From: an uncultured virus (IMG/VR IMGVR_UViG_3300024243_000011)
Lineage: Duplodnaviria > Heunggongvirae > Uroviricota > Caudoviricetes
Reading direction: 5' to 3' (one strand)
IMG/VR virus record: IMGVR_UViG_3300024243_000011
Location: 1-64,000 of that record
Length of the DNA: 64,000 nucleotides
Every line of letters starts with the position of its first letter. Position 1 is the first letter of the stretch. Both the position numbers and the translations under genes were made by a program. The notes beneath the pieces are model-generated. The model was not told where the DNA came from. It saw only the letters and a list, made by a program, of their open reading frames with translations, and did not search any database. Below, piece after piece: positions 11,167 to 20,598 of the stretch.

Positions 11167-13572
11167 ATGCGAAAAGATGAAACGAAAAATATTGTAAGCT
11201 TTGATTTTGACTCTACTTTGTTAAAATATAAATATGATACAGATTATGGCCAAGTTGTTGAAGGGCCTTCTGAACAGATGATAAAAAAACTTAAGAGTTA
11301 TAAAAACAAAGGATATAAAGTATATATTGTTACTGCAAGAATTGATTGGGGTGATCAAAACTTTAACTATGGTGTCTCAATGGATCATCCAAATTACAAT
11401 CCAACACCAGAAGAGTTTGTTGAACAATATAAATTGCCTGTTGATGGTATTTATTATACAAACAATGAGCTTAAGGTTGACACATTAAAAGAATTAGGAG
11501 TTCAAATTCATTATGATGATGATGAAGAAGAAATAGAGGCTGCAAAGGATGGTGGCATTAATGCTGTTCAAGTCGACATATATAAAGAGGGTAAAGATAA
11601 AAAAATAGATAATATAAGCCACATAATCAATGAAGGAAAGTTTGAAAAAGAAACAACAGATATGTCCAGGTTTATTATCAATGAACTGATTAATAACATA
11701 AAAGGCAATTATTTTCTAAAAGGATCAGCAACTGAAGAAAATTATTTTGCAATACCAGAAAAACATTATAAATCTATACCTGGGATAAGTTTGGCTGCAT
11801 ATATCGTGACTCCTGATACTAAAGAAGTAAAGGTGCCAAAAGATACAATATTAATGAGTGGAGAATACATTCCTGATAATGGGGCGTTGTTTGTAGATAT
11901 AACTTTGGGTAAAGATATGGTTCGGTGGGAGAACGCTAAGGAAAAAATGAGCCTTATTGTAGCGAACCTTAAAGACACAATAAGGCATGAATTAGAACAT
12001 AGCTCTCAAGATGCTAAAAGGTTTGAAAAGTTCATAAAAGTTGGCTATGAGTCCAACAATGAAAACATAGAAGAGTATTATTTAGATAGTACTGAAGTTG
12101 AAGCATATGTTGCTGGCTTATATAAGATGGCTAAGATGCAAAAGAGATCATTTATTAAACTAATTAATATATATCTTAAAGCTATTATAAAACCCCAAGC
12201 TCAAGAGGCTAAAATCAAAGATGTTGATGGGTTTTTGGAGAAAATTAAAAACAAATGGGTTTTGTATGCGAAAAAGAGGTTTCCAAGAGCACAGCTAAGC
12301 GAAGCCAGGACTGGCGAAGACCCAAGAATTAGCATTGTTGATCAATTAAAACCATACTCTGATGATCCGTATGCAATGTTACATATGTCAGACTCAACTA
12401 AGGTGGGAATTAATGTTAAATCAGCGGGTAAATTTGACACTCCAGTAGGAATTTATTTTTATCCCATCAAGTTAATGTGGGCAGACATTTCTAAGTGGAG
12501 CCTCCCATATGCAGGTGAGCGTAAAAATGTATTTATTGCTAAGTTAGATAAAGATATTAAGTTATTAAGGTTTGATAATTATTTTGAAAAAAGTTACAAT
12601 GAAGACATTAAAAGGCTAAAGAGTTTTTGGGAAGGCTTGTCTTTAGATAGGAAAAGGAAAGTTGTATATGCATTTGATGCAAACAAATTTAGTCTTGCAG
12701 ACAAAAACATTAATGAGTTTATAGATAAAATTATTAATGAGTTCAGCCGACATAGAGATTCAAGGCTTTCATATGATGCGTTTAAAATATATAAATTGTG
12801 TTTGATTTTGGCTGAGGGAGGTCGGAACACTACTCGATGGTCTGTCATAATAAACAAAATATTAGGTTATGACGGGGTTTATGACCCCGGCCTGGGCTTT
12901 ATTCATGACAATGAGCCAGAGCAAGTTCTTGTATTTAGTAGCAATAAATTTAAAGTTAAAAAGTTGTTTAAGAATAAACAATATCATGTAATTACAATTA
13001 TGAGTGAGTTGTTTAAAAATCATGACTTAGATAATCATAAATATATGTTAGATTATTTTCATACATTTGCTAAATTGCATAAGTTTATAAGTACAATTAA
13101 GGTTATCAAAAACAATAGGCTTCCTAAAGAAATAAAACATTTATCAAAACATAAAGAGCAAGTTTGGAAAAATATTATATATTTTATAACAAACATATTG
13201 CCAAAAGAAAAAGTTCTTATTAATTATAATAAATTTAATTTTATTAAACATGCTTATTTTAGTGAAAAACTTTTTGACAATGAGGTCTTTTTAGAATTTT
13301 TGGTTAATTTATATGATAAAGATAGTTTATATCACTATCTTTCAGAACAAAATATATTTGAAATTGTTAAACAACTGTTATCTAACAATAAGCTTAAAAA
13401 TAGTGATGGTGTATTTAATCTTTTAAAAGATTTTTACTTGGATCACAACGTAAAGGTTCGAGTGAAACATGACATATTTGTGGATGTTGTAAAGTTGATA
13501 GAAGAAAACAACATAACAAACCAAGATCTTATTCAGTGGCTAAAAAGTAAGAACATTATTAAAGATAAATAA
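11167..13572 (+). CDS. polyvalent protein: HAD-like phosphatase + zincin metallopeptidase + putative ADP-ribosyltransferase-like domain
   Basis: FDFDSTL/VTAR/K/HYDD (HAD); HELEH..EVEAY (zincin); LHMS..TPVGIYFYP..GYDG..HDNEPEQ (ART-like, weaker). Confidence 0.65.
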   Translation: MRKDETKNIVSFDFDSTLLKYKYDTDYGQVVEGPSEQMIKKLKSYKNKGYKVYIVTARIDWGDQNFNYGVSMDHPNYNPTPEEFVEQYKLPVDGIYYTNNELKVDTLKELGVQIHYDDDEEEIEAAKDGGINAVQVDIYKEGKDKKIDNISHIINEGKFEKETTDMSRFIINELINNIKGNYFLKGSATEENYFAIPEKHYKSIPGISLAAYIVTPDTKEVKVPKDTILMSGEYIPDNGALFVDITLGKDMVRWENAKEKMSLIVANLKDTIRHELEHSSQDAKRFEKFIKVGYESNNENIEEYYLDSTEVEAYVAGLYKMAKMQKRSFIKLINIYLKAIIKPQAQEAKIKDVDGFLEKIKNKWVLYAKKRFPRAQLSEARTGEDPRISIVDQLKPYSDDPYAMLHMSDSTKVGINVKSAGKFDTPVGIYFYPIKLMWADISKWSLPYAGERKNVFIAKLDKDIKLLRFDNYFEKSYNEDIKRLKSFWEGLSLDRKRKVVYAFDANKFSLADKNINEFIDKIINEFSRHRDSRLSYDAFKIYKLCLILAEGGRNTTRWSVIINKILGYDGVYDPGLGFIHDNEPEQVLVFSSNKFKVKKLFKNKQYHVITIMSELFKNHDLDNHKYMLDYFHTFAKLHKFISTIKVIKNNRLPKEIKHLSKHKEQVWKNIIYFITNILPKEKVLINYNKFNFIKHAYFSEKLFDNEVFLEFLVNLYDKDSLYHYLSEQNIFEIVKQLLSNNKLKNSDGVFNLLKDFYLDHNVKVRVKHDIFVDVVKLIEENNITNQDLIQWLKSKNIIKDK

Positions 13573-14039
13573 TGAAAAAGCTGTTAAAAAAAATAATAAT
13601 AGAAGAAACAAAAGAATTATACTATAATGAGTTTAAAGAGAGGTTGAAGAGGGTTAAAGCAAAAAATTCATTAATGTTAGATGATTACGATAGCTTAGAG
13701 GTTGTTCCAATTCGCATATTAGACTTAGCTGCATTTGGAATATCTGATGGGGAATATAAGGTTCCATTAAATATGATAAATATTGTTTACAATGATCTTG
13801 AAATTGCAGAAGGTGAGATTGATCTTAAAGTAAAAAGCGGACAATTTAATAATAACATAGAATGGGCAAAAACTGTTTTATTTAAAGAGCCAATTGAGAT
13901 AAAATATAAGAGTGGAGGGTTTCAGTTGGAAGATGGTCATCACAGATATTATGCAGCAAAACTATTAAACAAACCTTGGCTTTTATCTGAAATTACAATT
14001 GATGATAGCCCAATTAAAGAGTTAGAAAGAAATGAATAG
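13572..14039 (+). CDS. ParB/Srx-like domain protein
   Basis: PIEI...LEDGHHRY..A motif. Confidence 0.7.
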   Translation: MKKLLKKIIIEETKELYYNEFKERLKRVKAKNSLMLDDYDSLEVVPIRILDLAAFGISDGEYKVPLNMINIVYNDLEIAEGEIDLKVKSGQFNNNIEWAKTVLFKEPIEIKYKSGGFQLEDGHHRYYAAKLLNKPWLLSEITIDDSPIKELERNE

Positions 14040-14412
14040 CGGTCTTATAGTTTCGAAATGTTTATTTTGTGGTGAATTAAATGTAATGATCATTTATCCT
14101 AAGCATGAAAATTATTCTTGGTTTAAAGTTGCATTTGAAAACACTAATGCTTTTTTAATGGCAAAAGATAAAATGATTGTTATTGATGGCAACAAGGTAA
14201 GTCAAAGTTGGTTTAAAAGAAAACATATGCTAATTATTCAAGCTCATGAAGCAGCACATTATTTGATGGGACATACGAAAGAAACTGATTGTACCGATGA
14301 GTTGGAACATGAAGTGGATCTGTTTGCAATAGAATTGTTAAAAAAACATAATTATGAAAAAGTAATTGAGTTTTACAAAGACTTTATAGGGGAAAAAAAT
14401 GAAACTAAATAA
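14032..14412 (+). CDS. ImmA/IrrE-like zinc metallopeptidase
   Basis: AHEAAHYLMGH...EHEVDLFA. Confidence 0.7.
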   Translation: MNSGLIVSKCLFCGELNVMIIYPKHENYSWFKVAFENTNAFLMAKDKMIVIDGNKVSQSWFKRKHMLIIQAHEAAHYLMGHTKETDCTDELEHEVDLFAIELLKKHNYEKVIEFYKDFIGEKNETK

Positions 14413-14863
14413 GAAAATTATTAACAAAATTATTAAAGAAATCAAAGAGGATAACAAACAAAAGTATGAAAGTTTCTTAAGTGAACTTAAAAATGTTGGT
14501 TTCGATGTCAAAAATACTTATTATGCAAAGTTAGCAAGTAGCAAAAATGTTATATTTTTTGATTTTGATAGCAGCTTGTTTATGGAGTGGAATGGAAAAG
14601 AGTACGAAAATCTTTCACCTAAAAAAATAACATATAAAGAACTTAAACTAGGAATGATGGGGATGAAGTTAAGAAGTTGGGAGAATATATATTTCACAGA
14701 GTTAGAAAGGGGAACAAATCTAATTTTCAACCTTAATAGTTATGACGAAGTTGTAGAAGATGTTGGTGGTAGTGGTGACAGGTTAAAATTTTTAGACTTA
14801 TTGAAGGTCACAAGCAATTATGGTTTTGAAGACTTCGGGACAGGAGAACATTTTAAAGGTTAA
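14399..14863 (+). CDS. hypothetical protein with N-terminal IIKE motif
   Basis: MKLNKKIINKIIKE. Confidence 0.55.
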   Translation: MKLNKKIINKIIKEIKEDNKQKYESFLSELKNVGFDVKNTYYAKLASSKNVIFFDFDSSLFMEWNGKEYENLSPKKITYKELKLGMMGMKLRSWENIYFTELERGTNLIFNLNSYDEVVEDVGGSGDRLKFLDLLKVTSNYGFEDFGTGEHFKG

Positions 14864-14865
14864 TA

Positions 14866-15609
14866 ATGGAAGAACCACAACAAAAAAAGAGAAACATAGT
14901 AAGAAAGGATAGGGTTTGCCCTATTTGCAAGCGTGTGTTTAAAAATGCTCCCCCTCAAGCTTTACAAATGCATATTTTCAGAGCACATAAAAAAGAAGGG
15001 CAATATGATACATGGTCAGAGAAAACTAAAAAAAGGTGGGAAGACAAAAAGGAAAGAAAGAAGACTGGCAGAAAGCCAGGAAGAAAAAAGAATCCTGAAA
15101 ATTATATCAACTTTAATTGTGCTGAATGTGGGAAAGAGGAAGAGATACGAATAAGGATATATGAAAAGAGAAAGAAGAAAAATAAAGGTGGGTTAATGTT
15201 TTGTAGTATTCAATGCTCTTTAAAGTATTATAGAAGAGATGACATAACAAGAAGTCTGCTACAAGAAAGTTTAATGAGGGCTGAGCTTGCTTGTGAAAAT
15301 TGTGGGTTTGATGACATTATTATGATGTATTATATTGTATACCCAGGTCAAAAAGGATTTAAGTTTAATGTAAATAATACAATTGTTTTGTGTCCTAATT
15401 GTAGGGTGTTGTGGAGAATGGGTAAGGCAAAAATAGACTCAGAAACAAGAGAGTACAAAAGAACTGACATTGCTACTGAAGAAGAAGAATTATATGACAT
15501 TGATACAGATAAAATATTTGATAGTATCGGTGATATTGATACAATTATGGAAGAACATAAAGAAAAAAAGCAAAATAAGGAACAATTGACATGGGAACAA
15601 GTAGATTAG
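14866..15609 (+). CDS. zinc-finger DNA-binding protein with degenerate HNH-like C-terminus
   Basis: CPICK..H..AH (C2H2), KPGRKK, CAECG..FCSIQC, CENCG..N.IVLCPNC. Confidence 0.55.
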   Translation: MEEPQQKKRNIVRKDRVCPICKRVFKNAPPQALQMHIFRAHKKEGQYDTWSEKTKKRWEDKKERKKTGRKPGRKKNPENYINFNCAECGKEEEIRIRIYEKRKKKNKGGLMFCSIQCSLKYYRRDDITRSLLQESLMRAELACENCGFDDIIMMYYIVYPGQKGFKFNVNNTIVLCPNCRVLWRMGKAKIDSETREYKRTDIATEEEELYDIDTDKIFDSIGDIDTIMEEHKEKKQNKEQLTWEQVD

Positions 15610-16085
15610 TTAAAGAATGGCAAGGAAGTCTTCAAGAGCAAAATGGAAATGTTAATTTTACAAACTGGGTAAGGCCTGATCATGATGCAATTAGGTTAGA
15701 ATATGATGTTGAGTATAAAAACCATATTGTATATTCTTTTGGAGATATTTTTCCAACTTTGGAGGACTTTGAAAGGGCTGTAAAGGATGGTGAAATAGTT
15801 AGCTTAACTAAAAGCTTAGACTCAATGGTTGATAACAGAAGTAGAACGAAAAATATGAAGCAATTAACTAGCTTGTTAAAATCATATAGATCATGGCCAG
15901 AGTTTAGAAACGAAAAAACTACCCAAGCAATTGTTGACGGTTTTAAAAACAATGAACCAATGAAAATGCCATTTATCTTGGAATACGCACCTGATGATTG
16001 GTGGATAATGTCTGGTAACACAAGGCTAGACATTGCATATATGATGGGAATTATCCCAAAAGTTATTATTATAAAAGGATATTAA
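15591..16085 (+). CDS. ParB/Srx-like domain protein
   Basis: MPFIL...IMSGNTRL motif. Confidence 0.55.
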   Translation: MGTSRLVKEWQGSLQEQNGNVNFTNWVRPDHDAIRLEYDVEYKNHIVYSFGDIFPTLEDFERAVKDGEIVSLTKSLDSMVDNRSRTKNMKQLTSLLKSYRSWPEFRNEKTTQAIVDGFKNNEPMKMPFILEYAPDDWWIMSGNTRLDIAYMMGIIPKVIIIKGY

Positions 16086-16087
16086 AC

Positions 16088-16318
16088 ATGAGAAGAAAAA
16101 AAAGAGTACAGTTTAATGTGGCAGAAAAAATTTGGGTATGTATTGAGAACATCATAGAAAGGTATGAGGGGGTGGGCAAAATAGTCGGGTCAGAATATAA
16201 AAAATATGGTTATTATTATGTTAAAATTCCGAAACCAATAAATCAAACATATGATCATTTAGTTTATTGGGATAAAATAAAGAAAATAAAAAATGGAGAA
16301 CCGATTGAGCATGAATAA
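16088..16318 (+). CDS. small paralog-family protein
   Basis: EKIWV..YEGVGKIV..YYVKIP. Confidence 0.55.
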   Translation: MRRKKRVQFNVAEKIWVCIENIIERYEGVGKIVGSEYKKYGYYYVKIPKPINQTYDHLVYWDKIKKIKNGEPIEHE

Positions 16319-16649
16319 CACTAAAAAACAAATAGAAAAATATATATTAGAACACATTAATGATGTAGAGAAACAAAAGATTATAAATGAATTCATGGGG
16401 AGATTGCAAAATAAAATGATGTCAATAAAAACAGCAGAAACTCCAATGTCCGTTGCACAAGATATTGATAAAACTGTTGATGTAAATGTAATCAAACAAA
16501 AATATGGTGACAAATTTGTTAAAAAGATTATTGATCTTTATCTTTCTAGGGCAGAAGTCGAAGAGAGTGAAAAGAAAAAATGGGAAGAGGAAGTTAGACG
16601 ACAGTTAGCTAACAGAAAGAAGCTTTGGGGAGAAAGTGAGGGGGTTTAA
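16293..16649 (+). CDS. hypothetical protein
   Basis: ORF in operon context. Confidence 0.55.
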   Translation: MENRLSMNNTKKQIEKYILEHINDVEKQKIINEFMGRLQNKMMSIKTAETPMSVAQDIDKTVDVNVIKQKYGDKFVKKIIDLYLSRAEVEESEKKKWEEEVRRQLANRKKLWGESEGV

Positions 16650-16979
16650 TTGAAGTCAGGCAGCAAGCTTGGAGAATTAAATCTTTATTTTCTTAATTTA
16701 GATCAAAAAACATTAGCAGATATGATTTGGAAAGTTAACATCCACCAAGCTCTTTACAAGGGAATAACAATTCCAGATCAAACTTATTATGGCCCAGTCA
16801 TTCTAGATAGAAGAAAAATTGGTTGGGATATATTATTATTTCCAAAAAAAATTAAAATGATTAAAACAAGTGAGTACTACATTGGCGTAGTAAGATCATC
16901 AGCTAACTTTAAAAGCGATAGCCTAGATCTTAATTATGCTATTCATTCAGAAGTGGTTAACAAACTAATAGAAATATGA
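16650..16979 (+). CDS. paralog-family protein whose 3' end runs into the promoter repeat
   Basis: IWKV..YYGPVIL..LFPKKI; C-terminal SEVVNK is encoded by ttcagaagtggttaacaaa. Confidence 0.55.
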   Translation: MKSGSKLGELNLYFLNLDQKTLADMIWKVNIHQALYKGITIPDQTYYGPVILDRRKIGWDILLFPKKIKMIKTSEYYIGVVRSSANFKSDSLDLNYAIHSEVVNKLIEI

Positions 16980-16985
16980 TATAAT
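16955..16985 (+). promoter_or_regulatory. GGTTAACA-N17-TATAAT promoter element
   Basis: ggttaaca aactaatagaaatatga tataat. Confidence 0.8.
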
Positions 16986-16992
16986 GTTTTTC

Positions 16993-17273
16993 ATGAAAAG
17001 AAAAAGCTATAAGGTTGGAGATACAATTTGGATTAAATCAGGATTACAAATGGAAAGTTTCATCGAACTGATGGTCCTGCTGCTGAATATCATGATGGAT
17101 TAAAATATTGGTATCTAAATGATCAGTTTTATGATCACATCAAAGGAAAGTTGCACAACAACAACTTCCTGATATCAGACAAATATACAGGACCAGTAAT
17201 AATAACGGGAGGAAAAAATAAAACAAAGTTCATGAGAACAATGAACAACAAACACTTGGTAATTGAACCATAA
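16993..17273 (+). pseudogene. out-of-frame chimera: YKVGDTIWI N-terminus joined to an HRxDGPA-family 3' half
   Basis: ATG 16993 frame gives MKRKSYKVGDTIWIK (stop 17103); the -1 frame 17049-17273 gives NGKFHRTDGPAAEY...KGKLHNNNFLISDKYTGPVII with no own start. Confidence 0.75.
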
Positions 17274-17522
17274 AAGCAAATTTATACAACAAACAATATC
17301 AGATAAAATTTATATAACTAACAAAATAAATAATATCAATTTTTATTGCACACATAAGGCCCCAAACTGATACCTAAAAAACCAAACTTGACCTGTAATC
17401 AACTTGAATGTAAAGCCTATATACAACCATTGATTAATACTAGAATGATTTATAAGGGAAGTGAGAAACATTTCTGTTAAAATAAGGACGAAAGTTATAT
17501 AAGAAAATTGTCTGACTTAAAT

Positions 17523-17553
17523 GGTTAACAAAGTGAATGGTTTGTGGTATTGT
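17523..17553 (+). promoter_or_regulatory. GGTTAACA-N17 promoter element
   Basis: ggttaaca aagtgaatggtttgtgg tattgt, then gggagg RBS. Confidence 0.75.
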
Positions 17554-17571
17554 ATTTAAAAGGGAGGGTTC

Positions 17572-17925
17572 ATGAACAACAAGCCAACAATGAAAGAATA
17601 TTCTGATGGGACAAAAGAATGGTGGTTGAATGGAGCGTTGCACAGAGAGGATGGTCCGGCTGGAGAATATCCTAGTGGATCAAAACGTTGGTATTTAAAT
17701 GGGCTTCTATATCGAGAAGATGGCCCTGCTGTTGAATGGGCTAATGGAGAGAAATTTTGGTGGTTAAATAGTCAAGATTATGAATATACCAAAGGAAAGC
17801 TGCACAACAATAACTTCTTAACATCAGATCAATATACAGGGCCAATAATAATAATGGGGGGAAAGAATAAAATAAGGTTCATGAAGGCAACAAACAATAA
17901 ACATTATGTTATTAAAGGCTATTAA
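17572..17925 (+). CDS. HRxDGPA beta-hairpin repeat protein, copy 1
   Basis: repeats W(W/Y)LNG.LHREDGPA.E..G; conserved tail KGKLHNNNFL.SDQYTGP.IIMGG. Confidence 0.8.
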   Translation: MNNKPTMKEYSDGTKEWWLNGALHREDGPAGEYPSGSKRWYLNGLLYREDGPAVEWANGEKFWWLNSQDYEYTKGKLHNNNFLTSDQYTGPIIIMGGKNKIRFMKATNNKHYVIKGY

Positions 17926-17928
17926 ATA

Positions 17929-18156
17929 ATGAACATCCAATATAAAGATATAAAAATCAATGATGTGGTCTGGTTTAAAACAATAAATAATGAATATGGT
18001 TCTGGAATTGGAATTGTCATAGATAAACGGTGTGAAGAGGTAAATAAAATATATGTTAAAATTCCAACCATCCACTTAAATGAAGAAGGCTATAAACTTC
18101 ATTATATATTTCCCTTTGAGATTAAAAAGATAATTAAAAAAGGTAAAACTAAATAA
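17929..18156 (+). CDS. small paralog-family protein
   Basis: INDVVWFK..GIGIVI..YVKIP. Confidence 0.55.
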   Translation: MNIQYKDIKINDVVWFKTINNEYGSGIGIVIDKRCEEVNKIYVKIPTIHLNEEGYKLHYIFPFEIKKIIKKGKTK

Positions 18157-19293
18157 ATTCAAGAAGTTTATGCATTTTAAAATAATTAAAATGATGAATG
18201 GATATTGTAATTGACTTGTTATATCTTGGCACAAGCCTGCCAATATTAACAGGATATAGATAATTTAAAACCTTGTGTGGAAAATAAATAATAACAAGAT
18301 CAGTATTGTTGCCACAAGAACAAACAATTGCAGGTCCAATATATAAACAATCAACACAGGCGTTGTTCGAATGATATATGTTAAGCAAATGCCTGTTAAT
18401 CCATATGTTGTGTTTGTTGGTCAATCCAAAACCTCAATACATCCTTCAGATATTAAATAATCTAACTCAAGACCATTATAATAACCAAGTATGTCAGAAG
18501 ATTGAACACGATTGTTAACTTTAATGTTAATCTTATAAGTAAAAGAAATGTAATAATCTGTTGAGCCAAACCTTGTTGTTGGCTTTATAATACAAGGACC
18601 AATATAATTATAATAGAAGTTTGGAGGACTCGAACCCTCGATATGTTTATGAATCCATATTTTCCTTAATTTGTTCATGATTTATATATCCTTTCTAATT
18701 GTAAACCCTTATTCATATGAGATAAAAAATAATAATCAAACATAACTGATTGCACCTTTAGATACCAAATTAATAAATAATTCATTGTTAATAACAGCAA
18801 CATTATCCTTACAAAGAATACCAATTGCAGGAGGATAATTAATAACGTTTATCTTTTTAGGAAATAAAATATTATGATAATCAAAATTATATTTCCTTAT
18901 CCTTAATATTGCTGGGCCAATATAATCATAATAATAGTTTAGATTTGTACTTATGATATGTTTATGAATCCATATGTTTTTTAGTTTGTTCATGTGATCC
19001 TTTTATTCATATGAGATAAAAAATAATAATCAAACATAACTAATATAACCTTCAGATAACAATCTTTCTAATTGTACATGTTCAAATGGTTGACCAAATT
19101 TAATATTATATTTATAATATATGCTTTTACTATTGTTGAATTTTGTTAATGTTACCTTTCTAGGAAATATAATATTATAATAACCAGAATCAAATCGGCT
19201 TGTTGTCAATAAAGCAAAACCAATGTATTTATAATGATAATCTACATGATATGCAGTAGGCATTGTAATATTCTTATGAATCCATATAACCAT
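18149..19293 (-). CDS. four tandem paralogs (18149-18424, 18421-18678, 18736-18993, 19030-19293)
   Basis: all IWI(H/N)..Y.YIG(P/F)(A/C)..F(P/T).K; two end in G.ISYV. Confidence 0.7.
18709..19041. repeat. 39-bp perfect direct repeat (18709-18747 and 19003-19041)
   Basis: ttattcatatgagataaaaaataataatcaaacataact occurs twice, spanning the paralog stop codons. Confidence 0.9.
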
Positions 19294-19443
19294 TTTTTTT
19301 ATATCCTTTTTAATTGTGTATTATTGTTAATAACTTGTGAGTTATATAATTAATTGTTATGTAAAATAATAATTGTCAGTTTAATAGGCTTGATTGATGA
19401 TTGCTTAAAGGGGGGTATAAATTTGACAACAATAACCAACAAA

Positions 19444-19463
19444 TTCTCCACAAGTTTTCCACA
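19444..19463 (+). promoter_or_regulatory. tandem DnaA-box-like 9-mers
   Basis: TTCTCCACA-ag-TTTTCCACA vs consensus TTWTNCACA. Confidence 0.4.
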
Positions 19464-19636
19464 ATCAAATAACAATAAACTTACAATAAACAACAAATAC
19501 AATAATAACAATAAAACCAACAATCAGCAATATTTTTAACAAACCTTTTATCAACCGTATATATTGGCACGGTTATTGATTAGGTTTATTTTATCAAGCA
19601 TATGTCAAAGAGCTTATTTATTCTTTTGACTTCTAA

Positions 19637-19960
19637 CTACATTATAGCACAAGATGGTGTATTTGTTAACCTATTTGGGGGATTTATTTTATATAAAATG
19701 CTTTTTTTGCAAACTGAGAAGGCTTCGTATTTACTTATGAGAGCAAGGGAATTTATGGTATATGCAGTGCATGAGAAGTTTTTTAAGCTAAAAAATGTTC
19801 TTAAGCTAGGGTTTTCTGTTATTATTGCCAACCCCATATAGATTAATTTATTTTTTTTGATCTCATGATTATTTTCATGTTCAAAGTAAGCTATGACATG
19901 TTCATATACTTTAACCCAAACTATGTCACCTTTTTTATATTTTGGTTTGCTGTTATTCAT
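19637..19960 (-). CDS. small paralog-family protein
   Basis: KPKYKKGDIVWVK..YMGLAII; 3' end overlaps promoter element. Confidence 0.65.
   Translation of the reverse strand: MNNSKPKYKKGDIVWVKVYEHVIAYFEHENNHEIKKNKLIYMGLAIITENPSLRTFFSLKNFSCTAYTINSLALISKYEAFSVCKKSILYKINPPNRLTNTPSCAIM
19641..19671 (-). promoter_or_regulatory. GGTTAACA-N17-TATAAT promoter element
   Basis: minus strand ggttaaca aatacaccatcttgtgc tataat. Confidence 0.8.
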
Positions 19961-20310
19961 TGTTCCTTAATTACCAAGTATGTATTGTTTGTTGTTTTCA
20001 TGAATCTTATTTTATTTTTCCCCCCCATTATTATTATTGGCCCTGTATATTGATCTGATATCAGGAAGTTATTATTGTGCAGTTTTCCTTTGATGTGACT
20101 ATAATGTTGATCATTGAGAAACCATTCTTTATATCCATCAAAACAATCATATGCAGGACCATTTTCACGATGACGTTCTCCACTTAGATACCATATTTTT
20201 GTTCCGTTGGAATGTTCAATAGCAGGCCCATCAGTTCGATGACACTCTCCATTTAGATACCATCGTTTTGATCCATCAGGATATTCTTTCATTATTGGCT
20301 TGTTGCTCAT
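19957..20310 (-). CDS. HRxDGPA repeat protein, copy 2
   Basis: HRTDGPA/HRENGPA repeats plus conserved tail. Confidence 0.8.
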   Translation of the reverse strand: MSNKPIMKEYPDGSKRWYLNGECHRTDGPAIEHSNGTKIWYLSGERHRENGPAYDCFDGYKEWFLNDQHYSHIKGKLHNNNFLISDQYTGPIIIMGGKNKIRFMKTTNNTYLVIKEQ

Positions 20311-20334
20311 GATTCCTCCCTTTCAACTGACAAC

Positions 20335-20365
20335 AATATACCACAACAAGGTTGATTTGTTAACC
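20335..20365 (-). promoter_or_regulatory. GGTTAACA-N17 promoter element
   Basis: minus strand ggttaaca aatcaaccttgttgtgg tatatt. Confidence 0.8.
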
Positions 20366-20598
20366 AAATTAGGCATTTATTTTCTTTTTTATTGATGGTT
20401 TTTATATAAGCCAAAAAGCGTGCCAAAAAGTTATATAACTTGGGTTTTTTTTGTACTTTTTGCTCCTATTGATTTAAGGTATTGCAAGTGGAATTCTATA
20501 TATTTTTGTTTCAATTTCCTATAGGGGGATAAGAAACATTTTAGTTAATTTTCTAATTGTGTTATACTGACATAAATGGGGTAGAAATAATCATTGAT

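Noticed and set aside
19354..19841. Plus-strand ORFs 19354-19539 and 19602-19841
   Set aside because: Low-complexity or antisense frames over the candidate origin and a minus-strand gene; no RBS.
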